From Firmicutes bacterium HGW-Firmicutes-8 (lineage in GTDB: Bacteria > Bacillota > Thermincolia > Thermincolales > UBA2595): a stretch of DNA of 64,000 nt. How positions within the stretch are numbered: position 1 is the first letter of the stretch; each line of letters starts with the position of its first letter. This document shows, piece after piece, positions 38,076-46,289 of the stretch. The translations under genes and the position numbers were made by a program. The notes beneath the pieces were generated by a model, which ran no database searches, was not told where the DNA came from, and was given only the letters and a program-made list of their open reading frames with translations. Location of the stretch: positions 7,478 through 71,477 of the forward strand of contig PGZN01000005.1 of assembly GCA_002840165.1 (NCBI GenBank), given 5' to 3'.

Positions 38076-39314
38076 TTATTTTAACCTAAGACGAATTATG
38101 GAAAACGAATGCCAAACGTATATGACAAGGGCCAGAAGCGCCCATATTAGGATGGCGTAGACGCAGAGCCGGCTGTAGTAAAGAAGGTTGGCTGACCATG
38201 AAGAAGCGGCCTGCGAATATAGTTGTCCAGTTAAGGCCGGCCTTGACAGCCAAGCCTGAACCACCTCGCTGCGCAGGAGCAGGAGGCTGAAAATACCGGC
38301 TGTAATTGCATGGAATAACCTGCTTAAGATAAACAAACCCATCTTCAGGTCTGTTTCACTTATCATTGCTGAAACCTGGGCCAGCACAGAAATTCCGCTC
38401 CAACCCAATATCACGCTGGCCGCTGTTACTTTTTGGGTCAAAGATGCTGCAGCTTCAGCAGCCGCCTTCGTACCTAGGGTAATTTCAAAAAAGCCGCACC
38501 CTAAAGACTGCACTGCCGGTTTTGTGAAGCCTAATGGGCCAGCAGCGATAGCCAGCACACTGGTGACTACTGCCATCAGCCCGGTGAGCGTACAAATTTT
38601 GATAATTACTGAGAAGATGATGACAAAACCACCGATAACGAGTAGTTTGTTCACTGATGAAGTGATGGCATCCCCCAGTATTTGGGCAAACGGCCTGGGA
38701 TTGGCCCGGTAAGCCTTCAGCATTTCCGCCACTGCCTCGCGGAAAAGACTGCCGCGGCGCAGCTTAGCCGGTTTGAACTCGGGGTCATCAGATTTATAGA
38801 ATCGAAGCAAAAATCCCAGCAGGAGGTTGCCTGCATAATGGCCCATGGCGATGATTATCCCCAGCCGGGGGTTGTTAAACATCCCTACCCCGACGGCTAC
38901 CAGCATGAAGAGGGGGCTGGCATTGTTCGTAAAACACATCAGCCTTTCGGCCTCGAGTCTGGTGCACAGTCTGTCCTTTCTGAGGCGGGCTGTCAGAGAG
39001 GCGCTGATCGGGAACCCGGAGGTGTATCCGACTGCCAGAACGAATGAACTTGCCCCGGGAAGGTTAAACAGGGGCCTCATCACCGGTTCCAACAGGACCC
39101 CCATAAACTGGATTACTCCATAATTCATCAGGAGTTCGGAGCTGATAAAAAACGGGAGCAGGGCCGGAAAAACTATATTCCACCAGGCGTTAACCCCTGT
39201 CTTAGAGGCTTGAAAAACGGCCGCCGGGTAAATTATCATACAGATTATAAAGACAACAATGGCCACAACTGTAAGGCGCACAGGAGTAAACATGCTTTTG
39301 GCTCTGAAAGACAT
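38076..39314 (-). CDS. ylbJ: Sporulation integral membrane protein YlbJ (nucleoside-recognition-domain membrane protein)
   Basis: 412-aa polytopic protein, convergent with coaD exactly as in the B. subtilis ylbH-coaD-ylbJ arrangement. Confidence 0.7.
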   Translation of the reverse strand: MSFRAKSMFTPVRLTVVAIVVFIICMIIYPAAVFQASKTGVNAWWNIVFPALLPFFISSELLMNYGVIQFMGVLLEPVMRPLFNLPGASSFVLAVGYTSGFPISASLTARLRKDRLCTRLEAERLMCFTNNASPLFMLVAVGVGMFNNPRLGIIIAMGHYAGNLLLGFLLRFYKSDDPEFKPAKLRRGSLFREAVAEMLKAYRANPRPFAQILGDAITSSVNKLLVIGGFVIIFSVIIKICTLTGLMAVVTSVLAIAAGPLGFTKPAVQSLGCGFFEITLGTKAAAEAAASLTQKVTAASVILGWSGISVLAQVSAMISETDLKMGLFILSRLFHAITAGIFSLLLLRSEVVQAWLSRPALTGQLYSQAASSWSANLLYYSRLCVYAILIWALLALVIYVWHSFSIIRLRLK

Positions 39315-39375
39315 AAAGGCCCCTCCTACGTTTACTTAAGCAGTAAAAATATATAGGAGAAGCGGGGGGATTAGA

Positions 39376-39459
39376 ACAATTGACAATTGACAATGGACAA
39401 TGGACAATTGACAATGGAGAGTGGAGAGTGGAGAGTGGAGAGTGGAGAGTGGAGAGTGC
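39376..39459. repeat. 12-unit heptamer array: ACAATTG x2, ACAATGG x2, ACAATTG, ACAATGG, AGAGTGG x5, AGAGTGC
   Basis: Direct reading. Translation through it creates the spurious N-terminus of track ORF 39387. Confidence 0.9.
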
Positions 39460-39644
39460 TCTACGCCCTGCGGGCTCCGAGGGGGTCGGAAGAGTTTGCT
39501 GGCGCAAACTCTCGATTATATAAAAAGACTGCCAGCCTTTTGTCATTACTGAGTCCCCAAATTTATGCAGGAAAAATTAGTTTTTTGTCTAATAGTCCAT
39601 TTATACTGCTCAATAATAATGAGCATGAATCGAGTGTGATAACA

Positions 39645-40571
39645 ATGCCAAGGTCAAAAGGCAAAGATATGTGTGAGATTTTTGGTTTTACTCCGGACGA
39701 TTTAACGTCTGAGTGTAGAAATTATTGGGCTAGAGAAATTTGTCCATTTATTGGAACTAAGTGTACCAAGTATAATCACGATAAGTCATTAATCTACGGA
39801 GTATGTTCGGTTGTAACAAGCAATCAAGAAACAATAATATGCCCAAAGCGTTTATATGCCGAAAGTTATAAAACTTTAAGAGATGTATGTGCTGACGCTT
39901 TTGGATATCTTCCACTTTACCTAGTGAATGAAGTAAAAACACTTGAACTTGTTAAAGAAAAACCAAACGAGTTTGTAGTTGCATTTGGACAAAATTCCGG
40001 CAGAGAAATTCAGGTCGGCTCTAGTAGAAATAAACTCAGTATGGATTGGGTCTTAGTCCGAGTAGTTGATGGCAAAGCATTTGAAATTGCGGGTGTTGAA
40101 GTCCAAAGCATTGATATAACCAACAATTATAGAACAATTTGGGAAGCTTATAGAAACCTAGAATCTAATCCTAACATATCAATACCTGTTTCTACTCATG
40201 GAATGAATTGGGCTAATGTACATAAACGTTTAATCCCACAAATAATTAGAAAAGGTCAAATATATGCTGATTCTAAGCTAGCAACAAAAGGTATGTACTT
40301 TATTTTGCCGGATACAGTCTATTCAAGGTTTGAAGATATTGTAGGACATACGACTCCCAAAGCTTTACCTGGCAAAGGAATTCTAAGTGTTTTTACTTAT
40401 TCATTAGGTAAATCGGTAGACCGTGGGAAAATACGAAATTTAGAAAGGACAAGAATTATTAGAGTGTCTCTTGAAGAATTTGCTTTAAATTTCATATCTG
40501 GAGGGAAAATACCCGGTTCCAGTCTTGATGAGGCAGTTGAGCAACAAGTACTAAATCTGTTAAAAAATTAA
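39645..40571 (+). CDS. Type II restriction endonuclease, NotI-like family
   Basis: The N-terminal Cys cluster (..ICPFIGTKCTKYN..GVCSVV..IICPKRL) and the blocks SMDWVLVRV..GVEVQSIDITNNY and NWANVHKRLIPQI parallel what I recall of NotI. AT-rich, and adjacent to a C5-MTase. The start is uncertain (39645 or 39669). Confidence 0.6.
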   Translation: MPRSKGKDMCEIFGFTPDDLTSECRNYWAREICPFIGTKCTKYNHDKSLIYGVCSVVTSNQETIICPKRLYAESYKTLRDVCADAFGYLPLYLVNEVKTLELVKEKPNEFVVAFGQNSGREIQVGSSRNKLSMDWVLVRVVDGKAFEIAGVEVQSIDITNNYRTIWEAYRNLESNPNISIPVSTHGMNWANVHKRLIPQIIRKGQIYADSKLATKGMYFILPDTVYSRFEDIVGHTTPKALPGKGILSVFTYSLGKSVDRGKIRNLERTRIIRVSLEEFALNFISGGKIPGSSLDEAVEQQVLNLLKN

Positions 40572-40602
40572 GTGTGATTAATTTACAGTCGGGGTGAATT
40601 TT

Positions 40603-41814
40603 ATGTCTAAATTGTATGCCATTGACTTGTTCTGTGGTGCTGGTGGATTATCCGAGGGTCTTGCTCAAGCCGGATTTCAGATTAATTTTGCTAGTGATAT
40701 TAATAAGACCTATACACAGACACATAAATACAACCATCCAAACACTTATGTTTATACCGACGATATTAGAAATCTATCGAACAACCAAGTTCTAGAACTT
40801 TGTAAAGTCATGCCAGGAGAATTAGATTTACTAGCAGGCGGTCCACCTTGTCAAGGATTTTCAATTAATGCTCCTATTAGAACAATGAAAGACGATAGAA
40901 ATCATCTTTTCAAAGAATTTCTGCGTATTGCTGAAACGCTTAATCCTAAATACATCCTTATAGAAAACGTTCCTGGAATTGTTTCATTAGAAAAGGGTGC
41001 TGTAGTAAAAGCAATTTACTATTCACTTAATAAGTTGGGCTACAAAGTAAATCACATGATTTTATTCGCCGCACATTATGGAGTTCCACAAATGAGATGG
41101 AGAACTTTCTTTATTGCATCGAGATTAACTAATGGCGCCTGTACATTCCCTGAACCTACTCATTATGCGCAGGGTGTTGCTAATTTTACTGGAGGAAGAA
41201 ATCTTTGTTTTAAACTGTTTTCTAAAGACAGTCTCTTTGGACCTCAATTGATAGACCATACGACTGTTTGGGAAGCAATATCCGACCTCCCGATTATATC
41301 TAACGGTGGTGGTTTTGATGAAATGCAATATGACTCCCCGCCACTCACGAAGTATCAACAACAACTACGGGAAGGCTCAAAGACTCTTTTTAATCATAAA
41401 GCTCCTTCACTGGGGAAAATAAATCTAGAAAGAATGAATTATATACCTCAAGGAGGCAGTTGGAGAGACATACCATATGATTTACTCCCAGCAGGACTAA
41501 AAAGAGCGAGAAGAAGTGATCATACCAAACGATATGGTCGGTTAGACCCAGATGGAATCTGCTCAACAATATTGACTAAATGTGACCCACATTGGGGATC
41601 GTTTTTCCACCCAACACAAGAAAGAACGCTTACCGTTAGAGAAGCCGCTAGGATTCAGTCTTTCCCTGACAAATTTAGGTTTTTGGGGAGTTTAACTGAA
41701 CAATATGAACAAGTTGGAAATGCTGTTCCACCACTTCTAGCTAAAGCAATTGGAGAAATAATTGCAGAGCAAATTAATACTATTCAAGAAAATAGTGAAC
41801 TAAAAGCAGTATAA
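40603..41814 (+). CDS. dcm: DNA (cytosine-5)-methyltransferase
   Basis: Motif I DLFCGAGG, motif IV GGPPCQGFS, motif VI ENV, then RTLTVREAARIQSFPD and GNAVPP. Confidence 0.9.
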   Translation: MSKLYAIDLFCGAGGLSEGLAQAGFQINFASDINKTYTQTHKYNHPNTYVYTDDIRNLSNNQVLELCKVMPGELDLLAGGPPCQGFSINAPIRTMKDDRNHLFKEFLRIAETLNPKYILIENVPGIVSLEKGAVVKAIYYSLNKLGYKVNHMILFAAHYGVPQMRWRTFFIASRLTNGACTFPEPTHYAQGVANFTGGRNLCFKLFSKDSLFGPQLIDHTTVWEAISDLPIISNGGGFDEMQYDSPPLTKYQQQLREGSKTLFNHKAPSLGKINLERMNYIPQGGSWRDIPYDLLPAGLKRARRSDHTKRYGRLDPDGICSTILTKCDPHWGSFFHPTQERTLTVREAARIQSFPDKFRFLGSLTEQYEQVGNAVPPLLAKAIGEIIAEQINTIQENSELKAV

Positions 41815-41821
41815 ACAATAA

Positions 41822-41860
41822 AGAGAGTGATATAGAACCACTCTCTATTTTTGTTTTTTG
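41822..41860 (+). terminator. Rho-independent terminator after the RM genes
   Basis: AGAGAGTG / CACTCTCT stem followed by a long T-rich run. Confidence 0.8.
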
Positions 41861-41951
41861 ATAACAATAATACTGACCAACATTGGAGTCAGGCATTTGT
41901 TACTGCATATAGTGGCGCCTCTGGAAGCACAATATCTTTGAGGTGAATACT

Positions 41952-42170
41952 GTGGAGTTTACAGTGCGGAAAAATTTGGGTACCAATGACAGGGTTATCA
42001 GAGGAATTATGGCCATTTATCTTTTTGTGACTGGGCTTTCCACTGCCGCCCTTCCGGTTTGGGGCCATTTGGTGCTGTTTGCTTTGGGTGTGGGTTTTCT
42101 ACTGGAAGCAATTTCCGGCTACTGACCTGTTTATGATCTGTTGGGTTGGTCAACCCGAAGAAAGGTGTAA
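41952..42170 (+). CDS. DUF2892/YgaP-like small membrane protein with in-frame TGA (candidate selenocysteine) at 42123-42125
   Basis: Track ORF 41943..42125 ends ..LLEAISGY-TGA. The same frame continues PVYDLLGWSTRRKV-TAA (stop 42168-42170). Together this gives N.G..DR..R .. G(Y)-U-PVYDLLGWST, matching the family C-terminal G(F/W)CP(L)Y.LLG.ST motif with TGA at the Cys position. A hairpin lies at 42137-42161. RBS GAGGTG precedes GTG 41952. Confidence 0.6.
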
Positions 42171-42182
42171 TATGACTTTTCA

Positions 42183-42215
42183 AATTGTCAATTGTCAATT
42201 ATCAATTGTCAATTG
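42183..42215. repeat. Heptamer array AATTGTC x4-5 (one AATTATC variant)
   Basis: Direct reading. It is inverted relative to the ACAATTG units at 39376 and contains the stop codon of the minus-strand tmcAL-like gene. Confidence 0.9.
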
Positions 42216-43462
42216 GTGACATACGGCATCACCTTACAGTCCAACCCCTGTCTAGTTATGCTTTGACCGGGGTACATCAACGTATATATATCTGTGGCCT
42301 TCACATCGAATTTGAGCATTAATGCGGTGTCGTCATTTTGTGATAAAAAAGGGGAAGTCCTGGTAATTACTGGGATGTCGGCCTCTTTTTTGACCTTTTT
42401 TAACAGTGACCGTCCTGCGGATGATAAGCCTAAAACCCTGATATAGCGGGGGCCGGCCAGGTCAAAAGACTCGGCTAAAGACTTCGTATATCCCAATAAA
42501 ATATAGGAAAGAATCCTCTGCAGGCGGGTCCTTGTATATCGCTTTGTTTTAAGCTTGGACAGCAGGTCTTGTACGGAATCAGCAGACCGGGAAATTTCCA
42601 TAATGCGGTTTTCCAGCCCCTCAGAGACATCATACATTTCGGCTATTTGCTCTGGTGGGAGCGAGCGCAGCAAATAAAAAAGCATTTTCGAGTAATCCCT
42701 TATGAAGACCGGACCGCGGGCAGCTAAAGTCTCCTGTTTCATCACTTCAAACGAAGCCTCCGGAACGACCGGGCCAACTGCCTCGGTGATTGCCCCCTTG
42801 TCCTGAAGTTCCTCTCTGATACTGGTGGCGCTTGCAATCATAACATTTGAGTCAATATTCATGTCATGGTAACCGGCAGCAAACCTCTTGATCGTAGTTG
42901 GTCTGATATCACTTTTTACCTTCAATAGAGATTTCAGGTATTCTATCCCTAAAATGTTGTTTGGGGCCGCATAAATCTCAGGTGATATCCCGACCGATGC
43001 AGTGTCTGCCAGATATCTGGTTATAGCCCCGGCCCTGGCTGCAGGGTAGGATATTCCCGTATCTATTAATTGGCGCAAGAGAGCCTTAAACAAGGCTGGT
43101 TCATTAAACAGGAGGCGGGCTGCCGGCCACAGACTGTCAACATTACCTGATTCTGTGCCAAAGCAGAGGTGGGTCACCACCCTCATGGAATTGAGGATTG
43201 ACACTGCGCCCAGAGCAAAAGAGCTGGCACTGCGGACCGAAAACGCTGTAGGCAGCTCAATTACGAGATCGACCCCTCCCAAGACAGCCATTTTAGCCCG
43301 GGCCCACTTATTAAAAAGGGCGGGTTCGCCTCTTTGCAGGAAATGTCCGCTCATAACTGAAACTACCAGATCAGCATCGCATTGGACCCTGGCTTTTTCG
43401 ACATGATAAAGATGACCGTTATGAAAAGGGTTATGCTCTGTTATTATCCCTACAACATTCAT
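42209..43462 (-). CDS. tmcAL: tRNA(Met) cytidine acetate ligase (YlbM/TmcAL-family nucleotidyltransferase)
   Basis: GIITEHNPFHNGHLYH (HxGH) N-terminus, about 417 aa, with Bacillus ylbM-ylbN-rpmF synteny. Confidence 0.8.
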   Translation of the reverse strand: MNVVGIITEHNPFHNGHLYHVEKARVQCDADLVVSVMSGHFLQRGEPALFNKWARAKMAVLGGVDLVIELPTAFSVRSASSFALGAVSILNSMRVVTHLCFGTESGNVDSLWPAARLLFNEPALFKALLRQLIDTGISYPAARAGAITRYLADTASVGISPEIYAAPNNILGIEYLKSLLKVKSDIRPTTIKRFAAGYHDMNIDSNVMIASATSIREELQDKGAITEAVGPVVPEASFEVMKQETLAARGPVFIRDYSKMLFYLLRSLPPEQIAEMYDVSEGLENRIMEISRSADSVQDLLSKLKTKRYTRTRLQRILSYILLGYTKSLAESFDLAGPRYIRVLGLSSAGRSLLKKVKKEADIPVITRTSPFLSQNDDTALMLKFDVKATDIYTLMYPGQSITRQGLDCKVMPYVTN

Positions 43463-43481
43463 TATTTCCTCCGCATAAGTT

Positions 43482-43516
43482 AATTGTCAATTGTCAATTG
43501 TCCATTGTCAATTGTA
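43482..43516. repeat. Heptamer array AATTGTC x3 + CATTGTC + AATTGTA
   Basis: Direct reading, immediately upstream (minus sense) of the tmcAL start. Confidence 0.9.
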
Positions 43517-43657
43517 TTTATTGTTTCCATCTAAAACCAATAAAACCTTCCTGACTGAAAATTGTTAGGTAAAATTAGGCGGTCAAACCTAGTTTTCCTT
43601 GACAAATTAAAAACAAAATGAGTATAATACTTGTTGTGATATAATGAGGTGAAATAG

Positions 43658-44179
43658 ATGTACATTGACGTAAGTGACATCAGAAAGACCCGCGGCCAGA
43701 CGTTTCATTTCGATTTGACACAGGAAATGCAGCCTCTTGATGTGGGTAATTGCGAAATAACTTTTAAAAAACCGTTAAGCATCTCTCTAAATATCAGGAG
43801 CGCCGGAAAAGAACTGATTTTTACAGGCAATATAAAAGGAGATACCCAACTTGTCTGCAACAGGTGTCTGGAACAGTACGGTTTTTGTTTTAACACCGAT
43901 TTTGAAGAGGAATTCTGCCATGCCTCCGACCTGGATGAGTTCAGGGAAGAAGGGCGGAACACTGATGACATCCATGTTTTTGAGGGAAACAGGATAAACC
44001 TTGAAGATATTATCCGCGAAAGCGTCTTATTGAGCATTCCGATGAAAACCGTTTGTGATGAGAACTGCCGTGGTTTATGTCCTGTTTGCGGCAAAAATTT
44101 AAATAAAGATAACTGCGGCTGCGAGATTACAACAGTCGATCCGCGGTTAGCAGATTTAAAAAAGTATTTTGAACGTTAG
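43658..44179 (+). CDS. YceD/YlbN family (DUF177) ribosome-maturation-associated protein
   Basis: C-terminal CDENCRGLCPVCGKNLNKDNCGC motif, located upstream of rpmF. Confidence 0.85.
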   Translation: MYIDVSDIRKTRGQTFHFDLTQEMQPLDVGNCEITFKKPLSISLNIRSAGKELIFTGNIKGDTQLVCNRCLEQYGFCFNTDFEEEFCHASDLDEFREEGRNTDDIHVFEGNRINLEDIIRESVLLSIPMKTVCDENCRGLCPVCGKNLNKDNCGCEITTVDPRLADLKKYFER

Positions 44180-44202
44180 AATCTTGAAGGAGGTGTTTAA
44201 AA

Positions 44203-44388
44203 ATGGGTGTACCTAAAAGAAGAAGGTCCAGTACGAAAAACAGAATGCGGAGAGCCCAGCAGAAAATTGATGCCCCGGGATTTATCTCCTGTCCGCAGTG
44301 TCATGAGCCAAAAATGCCGCACAAGGTTTGTCCCTCGTGTGGATATTACAAGGATAAAGAAGTTGTGGCAGTTGCAGCGGCGAAGTAG
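44203..44388 (+). CDS. rpmF: 50S ribosomal protein L32
   Basis: MGVPKRRRSSTKNRMRRA.. and a CxxC..CxxC zinc ribbon. Confidence 0.9.
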   Translation: MGVPKRRRSSTKNRMRRAQQKIDAPGFISCPQCHEPKMPHKVCPSCGYYKDKEVVAVAAAK

Positions 44389-44557
44389 TTACTAGTTGCT
44401 AGTGGCTAGTGGCTGGTATAAAGTTATTAATGTCAATTATTTAATCAGGCGGTTCGCGTTTTGACGCGAACCGCCTGATTTTATACCTTCCTCGAAGCCG
44501 CAGGCATAGGGCATGTTTCATTGACAACTAACAACTAGCAACTAGCAACTAGCAACT
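44386..44557. repeat. Heptamer-array inverted-repeat module: (TAGTTGC-type)x4, internal GGTTCGCG hairpin/terminator (44443-44484), (CTAGCAA-type)x5
   Basis: The arrays at 44386-44416 and 44524-44557 are reverse complements. The hairpin is AATCAGGCGGTTCGCG/CGCGAACCGCCTGATT plus T4. The internal sequence is related to the module at 55051-55342. Confidence 0.85.
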
Positions 44558-44645
44558 CTTTTTTGCGTTTTTCGATTTTCTTTGTTATTGCAAAATGAAA
44601 AGAGGTATAATATACTGTATTTAGAATATGGTATTATATGCTGAA

Positions 44646-44663
44646 TATAATATCTGGTACTAA
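44646..44663 (+). promoter_or_regulatory. Candidate fapR promoter -10 (TATAAT) with adjacent GGTACTAA half-site (possible FapR operator)
   Basis: TATAAT at 44646-44651 and GGTACTAA at 44656-44663. Only one half of the FapR inverted repeat, as I recall it, is matched. Confidence 0.3.
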
Positions 44664-44692
44664 ACAAATCGGTTTAACGGTGGTGAGCTTAA

Positions 44693-45286
44693 TTGGTCAA
44701 TTCATCTGTTCCAAAGCCGATGCGCCTGAAAAAGTTAAATATCCATATAGAAGAAAACCCGTTTGTCACTGATGATGAGCTGTCTAAATTATTTAAAGTA
44801 AGTGTGCAGACAATCAGGCTGGACCGCCTGGAACTGGGTATTCCCGAACTGCGAGAAAGGATGAAGCAGTATGCGAAAAAATCTTACACTCAGGTAAAGT
44901 CCCTGGCCGTCCCGGAAATTATCGGTGAACTGCTGGACATCGAATTAGATAAAACAGGGATTTCCCTGCTTGAGGTTACAGATGATATGGTTTTTCGGAA
45001 AAACGGCATTGCCAGGGGGCACGTCCTTTTTGCCCAGGCAAATTCCCTTGCTGTGGCTATTGTTGATACCGAAGTGGCTCTGACCGGGATGGCCAAGGTA
45101 ACATTTATTAAACCGGTCAGGCTTGGTGAAAAAATAGTTGCCAAAGCGGTTATAAACAGCAGGAGTGGTAATAAATATAATATTTGGGTTACTTCAAAAT
45201 CTGATAATGAGGTGGTTTTTAAAGGCGGGTTTAGGGTTTTTGCCGTGGATTACAAGGAGGGTGCTGCTGGTGAAAATCGTAGTTGA
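44693..45286 (+). CDS. fapR: Fatty acid/phospholipid synthesis transcription factor FapR
   Basis: N-terminal HTH (DDELSKLFKVSVQTIRLDRLELGIPELRERMK) plus a hot-dog thioesterase-like C-terminus, upstream of plsX. Confidence 0.85.
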   Translation: MVNSSVPKPMRLKKLNIHIEENPFVTDDELSKLFKVSVQTIRLDRLELGIPELRERMKQYAKKSYTQVKSLAVPEIIGELLDIELDKTGISLLEVTDDMVFRKNGIARGHVLFAQANSLAVAIVDTEVALTGMAKVTFIKPVRLGEKIVAKAVINSRSGNKYNIWVTSKSDNEVVFKGGFRVFAVDYKEGAAGENRS

Positions 45287-46289
45287 CGCCATGGGTGGGG
45301 ACTACGCCCCGGTCGAAATTGTCAAAGGTTCTATAGATGCGGCCAGAGAGTATAATATTGAGATTATCTTAGTCGGTGACGAGGTCAGAGTTAAAGCTGA
45401 GATTGCCAAATACAATACGCAACAACTAACCATTTCGGTTGTGCATGCCCCCGAAGTAATTGAAATGGGAGAACCACCTGCATCAGCCCTCAGAAAAAAG
45501 AAGAATTCTTCTATTGCGCTGAGTACTAAACTTGTCAAAGAAGGCGCCGGTGAAGCCTTCGTGTCAGCCGGAAATACGGGAGCAGTAATGGGCTCAGCAC
45601 TGTTTGGGTTCGGCCGGATTAAAGGGATTCACCGACCTGCTATCGCCGGGATTCTGCCTACCATTAAAGGGATTACTCTACTCCTCGATATTGGGGCCAA
45701 TGCCGAATGTGATGCCCAAAACCTGCTGCAGTTTGCGGTGATGGGGAATATTTATTCCAGCAAAATACTCGGTATAAATCATCCAAAGATTGGGTTACTA
45801 AATATAGGTCAGGAAGAGACGAAGGGGAATCCCCTGTATGTGGAAGCCTATAAAATGATTAAGGAAAGCGGCCTGAATTTTATCGGAAACGTGGAAGGCC
45901 GTGAAATCACCAGCGGCATCGCAGATGTCATAGTTTGTGACGGCTTTGTGGGAAATGTGGTCCTGAAATTCGGTGAAGGATTAGCCAGGGATCTGATGAC
46001 AATGATAAAAGAGGAACTGGAGAAAAACATCTTTGTTAAAATCGGGGCTGCCCTTGTTTTTTCCCAGGCTAAAGGACTCCGTAAAAGGATAGACTATGCT
46101 GAACACGGTGGCGCACTGCTTTTGGGGGTCAACGGAGTATGTGTTGTCGGTCATGGCAGCAACCAGGCCAAAGCGATGAAAAATGCCATCAGGGTGGCCA
46201 AGGAATGTATTGAAACCAATGTTGTCAGCAGTATCATGGAGATTATTGGTAATAATCTGAATGGAGATGATTCTGGTGCCGAATTGTAA
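45270..46289 (+). CDS. plsX: Phosphate acyltransferase PlsX
   Basis: VKIVVDAMGGDYAP start region with RBS AAGGAGGG. The track ORF (45165) overlaps fapR out of frame. Confidence 0.9.
   Translation: MKIVVDAMGGDYAPVEIVKGSIDAAREYNIEIILVGDEVRVKAEIAKYNTQQLTISVVHAPEVIEMGEPPASALRKKKNSSIALSTKLVKEGAGEAFVSAGNTGAVMGSALFGFGRIKGIHRPAIAGILPTIKGITLLLDIGANAECDAQNLLQFAVMGNIYSSKILGINHPKIGLLNIGQEETKGNPLYVEAYKMIKESGLNFIGNVEGREITSGIADVIVCDGFVGNVVLKFGEGLARDLMTMIKEELEKNIFVKIGAALVFSQAKGLRKRIDYAEHGGALLLGVNGVCVVGHGSNQAKAMKNAIRVAKECIETNVVSSIMEIIGNNLNGDDSGAEL

Noticed and set aside
39376-39459. Heptamer arrays as CRISPR arrays.
   Set aside because: The units are 7 nt and directly abutting, with no spacers. No cas genes or leader are present. 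This is tandem micro-repeat architecture, not CRISPR.
39387-39644. N-terminal 86 codons of track ORF 39387..40571 (MTMDNGQLTMESGEWRVESGEWRV..).
   Set aside because: This is translation of the heptamer array and a GC-rich hairpin region. NotI-like similarity begins only after the internal Met at 39645 (or 39669), so I treat it as non-coding.
45165-45269. Upstream extension of plsX (track start 45165), and similar long track starts for pstB (31262), coaD (36771), acpP (49980), cobT (56463) and the hydrolase (59626).
   Set aside because: The extensions overlap upstream genes or structured leaders and lack an RBS. Internal starts have canonical RBS spacing and match the conserved N-termini.
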